IMG/VR virus record: IMGVR_UViG_3300013093_000001
Coordinates: 49,906 to 113,905 of that record
DNA from: a virus
DNA length: 64,000 nt
Reading direction: 5' to 3' (one strand)
Position numbers and translations under genes: made by a program. Below, piece after piece: positions 28,025-37,534 of the stretch; within the stretch, counting starts at the first letter, position 1; each line of letters starts with the position of its first letter. Below the pieces are notes generated by a model that was not told the origin of the DNA, made no database searches, and saw only the letters and a program-made list of their open reading frames with translations.

Positions 28025-28061
28025 ACCGTACCCCACCCGCGACACGCGGGTGGGGTACGGT
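28025..28061 (+). terminator. 17-bp perfect hairpin
   Basis: ACCGTACCCCACCCGCG-ACA-CGCGGGTGGGGTACGGT; weak U tail. Confidence 0.55.
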
Positions 28062-28299
28062 TGCGCGTGGGCGGCTGGTCCCCCCGACAAGGTTACCCGC
28101 CAGTAACTTACGCCGGCGTAAGTTACATCCGCCCCCCTCCGCCCAAAGTCTGGGGGGCCGAGGGGGGGCGGGACGGAGGTGGTTCTAACTACCCCCGCAA
28201 TCTTTGAAGACCGTTTGGGCGGCACGTATCAGTTCTTTCCCATGTAATCAATTTTCAGATGTACCCTTGTTCTGTGTCCCAGAAGGGTGCTGATGCGAC

Positions 28300-28497
28300 A
28301 TGAGGTTGTTCCTGCGGGTTTGCGGTTTCACCGTCGTGGAGTTAGCTTTGGAGTCGTCTGAGTCGGTCCGTGACGAAGGGCCGCAGTTCGCTGGTGGCGG
28401 TCAGTCGGGTTGTTTGGAGCGAGATTTGTCGCCGTTGAGTCCTGATGATCGGTATGACTGGGAAGTTGAAGATCGACAGTCTTTCGGGTTTCACTAG
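28300..28497 (+). CDS. hypothetical protein
   Basis: first ORF of rightward run. Confidence 0.55.
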   Translation: MRLFLRVCGFTVVELALESSESVRDEGPQFAGGGQSGCLERDLSPLSPDDRYDWEVEDRQSFGFH

Positions 28498-28506
28498 GAG
28501 ATTATT

Positions 28507-28770
28507 GTGGATGCGTTACATGCGGCTGCGAATGTGGTGGGCTTCGCTGGCATGGTGTGTGTGATTCTTGCTTACGCGTACATCACTGCTGTTGACCGTC
28601 CTAATCCTTTTATCCAGCATGGGACTAATCTGCTTGGTGCAGTGTTGTTGGGCTTTTCGCTGCTCGTTAATACCAATCCTGCGAGCTTGGTTTTGGAGAT
28701 GTTTTGGTTGGCGATCTCATCGTGGGGTCTTGTCAAGGCCGTTGTGGATAGGAAAAAGCGTGATGCCTAA
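28507..28770 (+). CDS. CBU_0592-like 3-TM membrane protein
   Basis: GxxGMxxxxxAY..NLLGAVLL..LEMFWLAIS. Confidence 0.7.
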   Translation: MDALHAAANVVGFAGMVCVILAYAYITAVDRPNPFIQHGTNLLGAVLLGFSLLVNTNPASLVLEMFWLAISSWGLVKAVVDRKKRDA

Positions 28771-28924
28771 CCCTTTGACTGATGAGTTGTCGGATGCCGT
28801 GAAGGCTGATTTGGCGGCTGAGTTTGAGCGGTTGCGGCGGGTGATTGATTCCCGTCAGGGTGCGTTGCCGTGGCGTGAGCAGGCGCGGTTGTATAACGAG
28901 TTCACGTTGCGTCGTTTCACGTGA
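28763..28924 (+). CDS. small hypothetical protein
   Basis: overlapping ATG. Confidence 0.55.
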   Translation: MPNPLTDELSDAVKADLAAEFERLRRVIDSRQGALPWREQARLYNEFTLRRFT

Positions 28925-29239
28925 AACGATTGTTCGGTTAAAGGGCAGATTTCGTCGCGTGTGGAACAGCCGCTTTTTCCGAACATGTTCCGACACGTCT
29001 GGCAGATGGCGGGTTGTCACCGGGAACGGCTATGCTAGACCGGTGAAGGAATGGCCGATTGGTGAAAACCCCAGCGGTGTCACCCAAGGTCCGATCACAG
29101 CTGGTGACAGCTATGATGATGGCGGGAAGACGTTGCAACCTAATAATGATTTACCGTTAATGAATGACACCCCTTACGCTAAGGTTTGGCATCCTGTTGC
29201 TGGTACGCCAACTCTGGGTACTGACACCGGGTTTACACT

Positions 29240-29521
29240 GTGATGGCGTGTCGTTGTAAAACACCGATCTGGGCTCAGCAAATCCTTGCTGGTCTGAAGA
29301 AAATAGAGAAAGGAATCGAGGACATTATGGCTCTTGTTCAGGTTGACCAGGCGGCGTTGGACACGCTTGCCGCATCACTGGAGGCTGTCAAGTCGTCTTT
29401 GGCTACGGAGATTGCTGCGTTGGGTCAGGCGCTCCCCGCCGCTGACCTCACTGGGATCAACAAGGCGCTGACGGACTTGGAGGCCTTGGAGGCCCCCGCG
29501 CCGCCTGCCCCCGCCCCGTAA
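29240..29521 (+). CDS. helical hypothetical protein
   Basis: amphipathic helices; alternative start about 90 bp downstream. Confidence 0.65.
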   Translation: MMACRCKTPIWAQQILAGLKKIEKGIEDIMALVQVDQAALDTLAASLEAVKSSLATEIAALGQALPAADLTGINKALTDLEALEAPAPPAPAP

Positions 29522-29522
29522 G

Positions 29523-29711
29523 GTGCAGAGGTTGCTGGTCAAGGCACTCATCATCCTTGGTGTTGAGTTGATTGCGCTTGCCGTGGTGGTGACGGGGTGT
29601 AACGGTGGCTTAGCCGCCCTCCGTCACCACCAGCAAATGCACCTAGATTGCTGTAACCTGGGCGAAGGCTCCGAAATTACGGGCCTAGACAATGGGCCAG
29701 CAAACCATTGA
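29523..29711 (+). CDS. small membrane/lipoprotein
   Basis: hydrophobic N-terminus ending VTGC. Confidence 0.5.
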   Translation: MQRLLVKALIILGVELIALAVVVTGCNGGLAALRHHQQMHLDCCNLGEGSEITGLDNGPANH

Positions 29712-30567
29712 GGTCGGTCAGCTAGCGCCTGGTGACCAATGGGATCAAACCCTGCTAGCTGACCTCCTCAGTAACAAGTTGTATCCTACCGGCCTGTCAT
29801 TCCGTCGTTGCATGGGTTATCCGAACGCAGATGGCTGTGTCCTATTGATCCCTGGCCGGTATTGGTGGGATCACACGGAAGAGATTTCAGACGCTTTAAG
29901 TCGTTACCGTTGGGTGCTGTGCTTGCTGACTGGTGACGAAGAAGCGCTGTTTGATATCAGTCGTGTGGTGCATCCAAACATTAAGTGGTGGGTCCAGTCG
30001 CCGCGCCCAGACCGTGACTACCGAGATGCCAGGTTGGTGGGGTTGGGGTACACGCCTCACTGCCGGACGCAGGCGGTGGGTTACCCGTCCAAGGAATTAG
30101 ATATATTCCTCGCTGCACAGAATACGCATGAGCGGCGTGCACTCGCGTTTGCGGCGTTACGCGGTTCACCGTTCTTCAACATGCTGCTGCTGCCTACGGA
30201 GGGTTTTACCTGTGGGATGAAGCCAGACGCTTATGCTACGGCGATGCGGAACACACGGGTTGCGCCTGCGCCTGCCGGTCCCGCCACCCCCGACACCTTC
30301 AGGGTGTATGAGGCTTTGCAGGCACACGCCATACCGATTGCTGATGATGTGACACCGGGGTACCCTAGTCGCGGTTTTTGGCGCAACCTTTACCCTGATG
30401 CGCCATTCCCGATTTTGACTGACTACACCCATCTGTCCGGTCAGGTCCACCAACTTTTGGAGTCGTACCCGTCGTCGGCTAATGAAGTTGCGGCGTGGTG
30501 GATGCGGCAGAAGCGAGAATATGCGCGGTGGCTGCGTAGCGACTTGACGGCGTTGGGTGCCCTATGA
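29692..30567 (+). CDS. glycosyltransferase-like protein (exostosin-like)
   Basis: APAPAG..DTFRVYEALQAHAIPI. Confidence 0.7.
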   Translation: MGQQTIEVGQLAPGDQWDQTLLADLLSNKLYPTGLSFRRCMGYPNADGCVLLIPGRYWWDHTEEISDALSRYRWVLCLLTGDEEALFDISRVVHPNIKWWVQSPRPDRDYRDARLVGLGYTPHCRTQAVGYPSKELDIFLAAQNTHERRALAFAALRGSPFFNMLLLPTEGFTCGMKPDAYATAMRNTRVAPAPAGPATPDTFRVYEALQAHAIPIADDVTPGYPSRGFWRNLYPDAPFPILTDYTHLSGQVHQLLESYPSSANEVAAWWMRQKREYARWLRSDLTALGAL

Positions 30568-31301
30568 GGCAGCAGATTACGGTGGTCACGCCTGTGTCAC
30601 CCATCCCCAGCCACCCCGGTATGGAGATTATAGAGGAGACAGTTGCGTCGGTCAGACACCATTTACCGGACGCGGAAATCGTTTTGACCTTTGACGGTGT
30701 CCGAAAGGATGATGAGGACAGGCGGCCAGACTACGAGGAGTTTGTGCGGCGTACCTTGTGGCGAGCCGACCACCAATGGGGTCGCGTTGTTCCCTGGCTA
30801 TTCCCCCACCACACCCACCAAGCTGGCATGATGCGGCATGTGCTTGACAGCCTCGACACGCCGCTTCTTATGTATGTGGAGCAGGACACACCGCTGTGTG
30901 TGGACAAGGACATCAGTGTCTTTGAGACAACTAACTTCATCCTATCCGGCGCATCCGACGTGGTCAGACTGCACCACGAAAAACGGGTACCAGATGAACA
31001 CCGCAGAATGATTCATGGTTTTGACGGCGCTGACTACCTTCGGACCTCCCAGTGGTCGCAGCGCCCACACATTGCGTCCGTTGACTACTACCGGCGCATC
31101 ATGCAAGACCACTTCTCAGCCAACGCCTGCTGCTTTATTGAGGACGTTATGCACAGCGTCGTCCAGGAGGCCAGGAAAAGTGAGGCGGTGTGGGAAAACC
31201 ACCGGGTGCACATCTACCACCCAGATGGTGACATCCAGCGCAGCTACCACACAGACGGACGCGCAGGCGCTGAGAAGTATGAAGACAAGCAAACCTTTTA
31301 G
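30564..31301 (+). CDS. glycosyltransferase, GT-A fold
   Basis: ITVVTP..VLTFDG..LMYVEQD. Confidence 0.75.
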   Translation: MRQQITVVTPVSPIPSHPGMEIIEETVASVRHHLPDAEIVLTFDGVRKDDEDRRPDYEEFVRRTLWRADHQWGRVVPWLFPHHTHQAGMMRHVLDSLDTPLLMYVEQDTPLCVDKDISVFETTNFILSGASDVVRLHHEKRVPDEHRRMIHGFDGADYLRTSQWSQRPHIASVDYYRRIMQDHFSANACCFIEDVMHSVVQEARKSEAVWENHRVHIYHPDGDIQRSYHTDGRAGAEKYEDKQTF

Positions 31302-31303
31302 CC

Positions 31304-32335
31304 ATGAAAATTGGTTCGGTTTTCTCTGGTGGCGGTGGCCTCGACCTGGCGGTAGAGCAGGTATTCAACGGTCGGGTGGTGTGGCAGTCGGAAATCGACC
31401 GATCTGCGTCTAGGGTTTTGGCAAAGAGGTTTGGTGCACCAAACCTCGGAGATATCACAACCGTCAACTGGGATTTGGTAGAACCAGTGGACGTGCTGTG
31501 CGGTGGGTTTCCCTGCCAGGACGTCAGCGCCGCAGGCAAGCGCGCCGGAATCAAGGACGGCACCCGCTCCGGTCTGTGGGCTGTGTTTGCTGACGCCATC
31601 GACACCCTGCGCCCGCCCATTGTCATCATCGAAAACGTCAGAGGACTGCTCAGTGCCCGAGCCCATCGCAATATGGAACGCGCAGACACAACTCTGGGAA
31701 ACGAGTCAGAGCGATTTATTCTCCGAGCAGCAGGAGCCGTACTCGGCGACCTGGCCGACCTCGGGTATGACGCGCAATGGACAACTATTGCCGCTGGCGA
31801 TGTCGGGGCACCGCACAGGCGAGAACGAGTCTTTGTTGTTGCCTACGCCGGATACGGGAATGACTCCAAACGGTCACGGTCGGCGTGGCGGCACGAAGGG
31901 CAACGGTCACCAGTCAAGCAATTCGCTGGATTCAGAAGTTATGGACATGTAGAGCTGCTGCCGACGCCCAACGCCAGCGATGCATCCGGTGGCGGTGCCC
32001 ACCCCGACAAACGAGAAGGACATTCCCGCCAACTCATCGACTACGCGCTGCTCAACAACACCACGGCCTGGGGCAAGTACGCTCCCGCCATCCGACGCTG
32101 GGAATCCCTGACCCGTCCTGCCCCGGTGCCCACAGAGTTGACCAAGAACGGAAATCCCCGACTCAACGCGGCGTTTTCCGAATGGCTGATGGGCTGGCCT
32201 GCCGGGTGGGTCACCGACCCGGCCATCGGTATCAGCCGCAACGACCAGTTACGCATTCTCGGTAATGGAGTCGTTGTTCAGCAGGCAATTGCTGCGCTCA
32301 ACTACCTGCTGCTCACACAAAACATAACGCTGTGA
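31304..32335 (+). CDS. DNA cytosine-5 methyltransferase
   Basis: FSGGGG (motif I), GGFPCQD (IV), IENVRG (VI), PHRRER (VIII), LGNGVV (X). Confidence 0.95.
   Translation: MKIGSVFSGGGGLDLAVEQVFNGRVVWQSEIDRSASRVLAKRFGAPNLGDITTVNWDLVEPVDVLCGGFPCQDVSAAGKRAGIKDGTRSGLWAVFADAIDTLRPPIVIIENVRGLLSARAHRNMERADTTLGNESERFILRAAGAVLGDLADLGYDAQWTTIAAGDVGAPHRRERVFVVAYAGYGNDSKRSRSAWRHEGQRSPVKQFAGFRSYGHVELLPTPNASDASGGGAHPDKREGHSRQLIDYALLNNTTAWGKYAPAIRRWESLTRPAPVPTELTKNGNPRLNAAFSEWLMGWPAGWVTDPAIGISRNDQLRILGNGVVVQQAIAALNYLLLTQNITL
31653..31952 (+). CDS. nested alternative-frame ORF of methylase (WPTSGMTRNG..LLPTP)
   Basis: own GAGGA SD and GTG; LLPTP repeat matches the main frame downstream. Confidence 0.5.
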   Translation: MPEPIAIWNAQTQLWETSQSDLFSEQQEPYSATWPTSGMTRNGQLLPLAMSGHRTGENESLLLPTPDTGMTPNGHGRRGGTKGNGHQSSNSLDSEVMDM

Positions 32336-32613
32336 CGGCAGCGGCCACGAAGAAGTACGACACCGGCTTCAGTTGGCAGCTACGCGCGAATAAAGAGGCC
32401 GCAACAAAAACGATCACAAGTGTGGTCATGGTGTCACTGTACGCCTGACTCATATTTTCCACACGAGCAGCCTACAGGCAGGGTGGCCGTTAATTTTAAT
32501 CCGGGTAAAACACTCAAGGTTATTCCAGTCTGGACCTGCTGGTACCTTCGCAGTGTTATTAACGTCGCTCGTTATTAGCGTCCCGACGATAATGACCAGG
32601 CTGAGCAGGCGGT

Positions 32614-33429
32614 TCATCTTACCGCTCGTAGTTCCGTTCCCGACTTTGCGCGTTTCCCCCGGCAGTAACTCCCACAGCCGTCACACCTGTACTGGTTGTA
32701 GCCGAAGGTACCGGTGAAGTAGAGGCCAGCGGGTTTAAGCAGCCCTTCCTTACCGCAAGCTATACATACCAGTAACTCATCATCATCTGCGTGTTTGCGG
32801 TGGATAGCGACGTTGATTGGCGTCCACGGCAAGTACGCCACCAACAGCCGTTCCGTTAAAACAACGTCATGGCAGTTGTATTCCTTCATCTTGCGCTGCG
32901 ACTCTCTGCGCTCCGCAGCGGTACCGTAGCGGATCTGAAACCAAAGATCGGAACCCTGATGAGCTACCTTCTTATCCCCAAGCCATTGACGCGCAGACCA
33001 GTCGAGGCTTTTGTAGGCTGCACCTTTGCCGAATTTGCGGGTCACTTTGTAAAGGTCCACGCTCTTAGACGGCGCTGGCCGACCTAAACCCAGGACACCG
33101 CATTCATGTTCAATCCAGCCCAGGTCGAAGCGGTCGCCGTTATAGGTGACAAGGATATGGGCATCATTCATAAGTTGCCACAGGCTTTGCAGCATCTTCT
33201 TATAGCTGTCAGCGTCGTCATCAAGCCACGAGGCCTTGAAGACGACCTTGTCCTCCCCGAACCATTTGGCTGCGAAACACAAAATGCGGGGCGGTTTGAT
33301 GCACCGCGCAGCAGGTAGCCACTTGACATCTGCGCCAAAGGACTCCCAAATACCCCTCTGGGTTTCGATATCAAGGGTCAAGATTTTGGCGTCTGAGTGC
33401 AACGCGGAAACACGCTGGGCAAGGCTCAA
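32614..33429 (-). CDS. RNase H-like/DnaQ-type 3'-5' exonuclease with C-terminal Zn ribbon
   Basis: LDIET, TYNGDRFD, YNCHDV; CIAC..CDGC. Confidence 0.85.
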   Translation of the reverse strand: MSLAQRVSALHSDAKILTLDIETQRGIWESFGADVKWLPAARCIKPPRILCFAAKWFGEDKVVFKASWLDDDADSYKKMLQSLWQLMNDAHILVTYNGDRFDLGWIEHECGVLGLGRPAPSKSVDLYKVTRKFGKGAAYKSLDWSARQWLGDKKVAHQGSDLWFQIRYGTAAERRESQRKMKEYNCHDVVLTERLLVAYLPWTPINVAIHRKHADDDELLVCIACGKEGLLKPAGLYFTGTFGYNQYRCDGCGSYCRGKRAKSGTELRAVR

Positions 33430-33668
33430 GTGGCGGCTCCGGCCGGGTGGTGGTTATAAACATGGTCCCTAAACGGGGTACAGGAAATATCCAGCCCCTC
33501 CTCACAACACATGCGCCACAACCCGCGCACGGAGTTGCCGTCAAATATCCACTGGTCGAATGCTTGTTTGTCTGCTTTCGATAGTTCTGCATACCAGTTA
33601 CACGTCGTGCAACCGCGACGACCCTTCAGGCTTTCGCCGTGTTTCTCAATGCGTGTAGCGAGTCCCAT
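33426..33668 (-). CDS. hypothetical Zn-binding/HTH protein
   Basis: CTTC..H; coupled to exonuclease. Confidence 0.7.
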   Translation of the reverse strand: MGLATRIEKHGESLKGRRGCTTCNWYAELSKADKQAFDQWIFDGNSVRGLWRMCCEEGLDISCTPFRDHVYNHHPAGAAT

Positions 33669-33690
33669 GCTGCCCTTCCATCAACCCGCG

Positions 33691-33885
33691 TCAGCGGGAT
33701 CGGATCAGTGTTTTCTCTGCTTCCCACATAGTCCCATCTGTTTGCCACTTTACGAGGTAGATATTGCCTTCTGGCTTCATCAAGCTCTCTACGACGATAC
33801 CGACTTGCTTGGTATTTCTGCGCTTGACCACGTCGCCAGCTCTCAGTGTGGGTTTCATCGTGGTTCTTCTGCCATGTACCGTCAC
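33691..33885 (-). CDS. SH3-like small protein
   Basis: GDVVK..VGIVV..YLVKW. Confidence 0.6.
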   Translation of the reverse strand: MTVHGRRTTMKPTLRAGDVVKRRNTKQVGIVVESLMKPEGNIYLVKWQTDGTMWEAEKTLIRSR

Positions 33886-33900
33886 AGTGACGTAATGCGC

Positions 33901-34161
33901 CTATAGGTCAGCGGTCTTTACAGCGCGGGACAGCATGTTAATGGCGGTTCGATGGATAGGATTATGCCTGGAAATGAGATCGAACCGTGGGTCAAGCACC
34001 CCAGCTAGGTGACCGGCGACAGCGGCGATGGCAAATCTGACCAGTACGGGGTGCTTGTTGCGGTACCTTTCCACCGCATAAGTCATCAAGTCGTCGGCAA
34101 TCACCTCATAGACCAGGACACCGGCTATGAGCATGCCCCACGCAACGTCGCCGCTCCGCAC
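33901..34161 (-). CDS. membrane hypothetical protein
   Basis: AWGMLIAGVLVYE..HP..GHL. Confidence 0.7.
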   Translation of the reverse strand: MRSGDVAWGMLIAGVLVYEVIADDLMTYAVERYRNKHPVLVRFAIAAVAGHLAGVLDPRFDLISRHNPIHRTAINMLSRAVKTADL

Positions 34162-34206
34162 ACTCTCAGTATTAACCCACGAAACTGGTTATATGACGGT
34201 GACGCG

Positions 34207-34473
34207 CTAGGCCCAACCCAAGTCTTTAATCAGCTGATCGGCAATGTCCATGTTCGCTAACAGGCGTTCACTGACGTTTTTTTCTCGTTCAGCTCTTCGC
34301 TCTTTGTTACGTTGAACGTTGAGTTTAGCTACCTGTCTAGCGCACTTAACTTTATTGCGGTACGCCTGCCTCTTAGCTTTGAGTTTTTCCTGCTCCCGCT
34401 TCTTGGCTTGCAAGGCGCGGTACTCACTCACCAGCATGGGTCGCCCGTACCGCATCGGCCACGGTTCACTCAT
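34207..34473 (-). CDS. basic hypothetical protein
   Basis: ORF in leftward run. Confidence 0.6.
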   Translation of the reverse strand: MSEPWPMRYGRPMLVSEYRALQAKKREQEKLKAKRQAYRNKVKCARQVAKLNVQRNKERRAEREKNVSERLLANMDIADQLIKDLGWA

Positions 34474-34641
34474 AGCTACAAAAATAACGTCAAGAGTGGT
34501 ATGCCGTCAAGAAAGCAAGTACGCAGACGGCGGCAACCAGACACGGCAACTCCAAGCTGTCACCTATGAACATTTGGATAGTGGCGTACACGGTGGCGGT
34601 GACGGCAATGAGGAGCAGAAAATAACTCAGTAGGCGCGTTG

Positions 34642-34824
34642 TCATGCGCTGGCCGCCGGAACCATTTTGGCGAAAATATCGTCTACGATGTCCGTTGCCA
34701 GGTTCAGGGACATCTCGTAAGACATATTGGTGCTGCAATTGCTTAGGTGGCTGTAGACCAGTTTGATGAGGTCATGTCGCGCCTCTAGGTACAGTATGAC
34801 CAACTCTGCATCTTCTTGTCCCAT
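34642..34824 (-). CDS. hypothetical protein
   Basis: purine-rich SD, ATG. Confidence 0.55.
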   Translation of the reverse strand: MGQEDAELVILYLEARHDLIKLVYSHLSNCSTNMSYEMSLNLATDIVDDIFAKMVPAASA

Positions 34825-34838
34825 GTCATTCCCTTTCT

Positions 34839-35189
34839 TTGGTTAACAACACCCTATTATATGCCAGCGGACGGGTATATAATGCGTGTGTGACAGATCA
34901 GAATATGACAAGAACAAGCCAGAACTTCATGAGCGTTGTGGAGGTGGTGGAGCAATTTGATGCCATGCGGCATGAGTTGGAGCAGCTACACCGCCGCAAC
35001 ATTGAGTTAGAGAACATGGTCACGTTGGGAGATTTCCTGTGTGACTCCTGTAGTCGTCAAGTGGTTCCCGCGCCGTCTAGCGACGGCTGTTACATGTTTA
35101 TTTGTGAGCGGTGTATGGAACTTAAACGGTTCAGCAGTAAGGATGCGCGGGACGGTTGGGAGAGGACACACCGCGCCGCAGGTTGCTAA
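34839..35189 (+). CDS. coiled-coil plus Zn-ribbon protein (start probably later)
   Basis: CDSC..CERC; TATAAT at 34878. Confidence 0.6.
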   Translation: MVNNTLLYASGRVYNACVTDQNMTRTSQNFMSVVEVVEQFDAMRHELEQLHRRNIELENMVTLGDFLCDSCSRQVVPAPSSDGCYMFICERCMELKRFSSKDARDGWERTHRAAGC

Positions 35190-35218
35190 CCGACCGGGAC
35201 AGGGGTAAGGATGGAAAT

Positions 35219-35413
35219 GTGAAAGCACAAGACCAGGACCGGCATTATCAACTGAACGCGGGTCAGCGCGACCAAATGATATGGCAGCTACGAAAACGTG
35301 GTATGCCTATGCACAAGATCGCCAAACGTGTCGGCATGTCAGCGTCAGGAGTCTGCCGTGCACTTGAAAGAATGAAAGCTGGCAGGTCAGGCGTTGACAG
35401 GCGCGATACTTAA
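35219..35413 (+). CDS. HTH DNA-binding protein
   Basis: GMPMHKIAKRVGMSASGVCRAL. Confidence 0.75.
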   Translation: MKAQDQDRHYQLNAGQRDQMIWQLRKRGMPMHKIAKRVGMSASGVCRALERMKAGRSGVDRRDT

Positions 35414-35703
35414 TGCCCGCCTACCTCTGTCCGGTGTGCTTGCTGCGCGTTGCGCCGACACAACGACATAAAATCGTCAGCCACCTGGACAAATTGAACA
35501 AAATCTGTCCAGGTTCAAGCCAGCCCTGGGCTATAGCCGTCCGAAAAAACATTTTGAAGCCAAGAACCGCGCAGAAAAAGCCGGTCAAATGACTTGCATC
35601 TTCGGTCATAAATGGCGCAAGAAATTCGCCACAATTGACCCCACGATCCTCCACAGCGACCTTATGATACGAGTATGCGTGCGTTGCAAAAAGGAACGAA
35701 GCA

Positions 35704-36444
35704 ATGACCATCGGTGACCCCTGCGTCGTCGGAGTGGTTGCACACCCGCAGCGGGAATCCCGTCACCGCCTACTATGCGACTTTGCTCAACCGGAAGTCT
35801 TTTGCCTTGACGACGGCTCCCTAGGCTGCGCCAACAACCATATTGAAGTGTTGACCGAACTGCTTCAATATCCGAGGACAGCCCGGTGGGCCGTGGTGTT
35901 GGAGGACGACGCCGTACCGTGCTTTGAGTTCCGCAAACAACTGCGGTCGGCATTGGAGACAAGTCCAGCACCAATTATCAGCCTGTACCTTGGGACGGGT
36001 AACCCCAGCGGCCACATCCAGCGTCAATTCAAAGCCGCCGTGGACACTGCTACCGCCAAAGGGCACAGCTGGATTATGGGCGACTGCCTGGTACCGGGCG
36101 TCGGGTACGCCATTGAACGAACACTTCTGCGCGACCTCATAAAAACGCTGCCCACACGGTCAGAAGAATTAACCATGCGGATAACGCGCTGGGCACAGTC
36201 TCGGGGCTACCCCGTCGCCTACACCAGACCCAGCCTGGTAGACCATGAGGATAGCGACCCTATAGGCAGACCCTGGCGTGGCAGCAACTACCTCCCGCGC
36301 AAGGCTTGGTCTTTTAGTACCGGAACAGACATTTACGCCTGGGATACTCCCTTCACGGAGTTAGGCCATTGCGGCAACTGGAGCATCCCAGAGGCTGAAG
36401 AAGAAGTGACCGACTTTTTGCCGCCGTCGAAGATTTATGGCTAG
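35704..36444 (+). CDS. glycosyltransferase (GT25-like, mycobacteriophage type)
   Basis: VVAHPQR, VVLEDDA, SLYLG, PSLVDH. Confidence 0.8.
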   Translation: MTIGDPCVVGVVAHPQRESRHRLLCDFAQPEVFCLDDGSLGCANNHIEVLTELLQYPRTARWAVVLEDDAVPCFEFRKQLRSALETSPAPIISLYLGTGNPSGHIQRQFKAAVDTATAKGHSWIMGDCLVPGVGYAIERTLLRDLIKTLPTRSEELTMRITRWAQSRGYPVAYTRPSLVDHEDSDPIGRPWRGSNYLPRKAWSFSTGTDIYAWDTPFTELGHCGNWSIPEAEEEVTDFLPPSKIYG

Positions 36445-36736
36445 GTTGCGCCATCAGTACGTCGACACTTCCTAATGGACGTTGCCTCCGTTGCGGCCAT
36501 GACAAAGACAGTCACGACAAAGACGGAAAATGTCAAATCAAAATACAAACAGATTGGGACGAGCAGAAGCGCGCCTTCTTAGGGGAACGCCAGTGTTCTT
36601 GTCTGGTCTACACGACCGTTCAAGACCCTCAACCGACGGCAGATCAGGAAGCCCCCAAGAAACACTGTTGCCCACATGAATATATGAAGTCCAGCCTAAT
36701 CTGTGTTCACTGCGGCCAACGGCGCAAACCCCGCTT

Positions 36737-37375
36737 ATGAGCGTGGCCGTATGTATACCGTGGCGACCGTCCAAGCGAAGGGAGCCGCCGTATCGGCGCG
36801 TAAGAGAGTTTTGGGAAGCAACTGGGTGGCCGATATACACCGCAGACAGCGACAGCCGCATATTCAGCGCAAGTCAAGCGAGAAATAATGCGGTACGGCA
36901 AGCTGATGCAGAGGTAGTTGTCGTCGCGGATGCCGACAGCATACCGCCGATGAAGAATGTCAGAGCCGCCGTACAAAACCCGCAGGGCTTTATCTGGCCC
37001 TTCACCCGAACTCTCATTATCGACGGTTGTTGGACCGGACCCCTAAGCAAAGCCCGTGTCCAGAAGGAATACGACGGTATAGGCGGGGTTACCATTTGCC
37101 GCAGGTCAGAGTATTTACGGGTCGGCGGTCAGCCTGAAGAATTCTACGGGTGGGGTTATGAGGTCATGGCCTTTCATGTCATCGCGCAAACGCTGTCCAC
37201 GACACAGCGCATTCCGGGTGTTCTTTATTCCCTCAACCATAATGATGAAGAAGGACGTTCCGACTCCCCATGCTGGGACAGAGACAGGACTGACAATGAA
37301 GTCCTGCTTAAACCCTACCTCAACGCCATGCAGCGACCGTGGCTGATGCGTGAACTGCTCTCGGAACGGATTTAG
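36737..37375 (+). CDS. galactosyltransferase-like (GT2/GT7-C)
   Basis: IPWR, ARN, VADAD, GGQPEEFYGWGYE. Confidence 0.8.
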   Translation: MSVAVCIPWRPSKRREPPYRRVREFWEATGWPIYTADSDSRIFSASQARNNAVRQADAEVVVVADADSIPPMKNVRAAVQNPQGFIWPFTRTLIIDGCWTGPLSKARVQKEYDGIGGVTICRRSEYLRVGGQPEEFYGWGYEVMAFHVIAQTLSTTQRIPGVLYSLNHNDEEGRSDSPCWDRDRTDNEVLLKPYLNAMQRPWLMRELLSERI

Positions 37376-37534
37376 AGCGGTTCGTCAATGCCGCCACCGA
37401 CTCGCGGTGTCGGGCCATCGTCCAGCTTCTCAACCGTCCATACGATCACCATTATCAAGCCAATACACCCGACCAGGGTCAGCAGCATCGTCAACATGAG
37501 CAGACCCGCCACCACGAATATGTCCATGCAGTCC

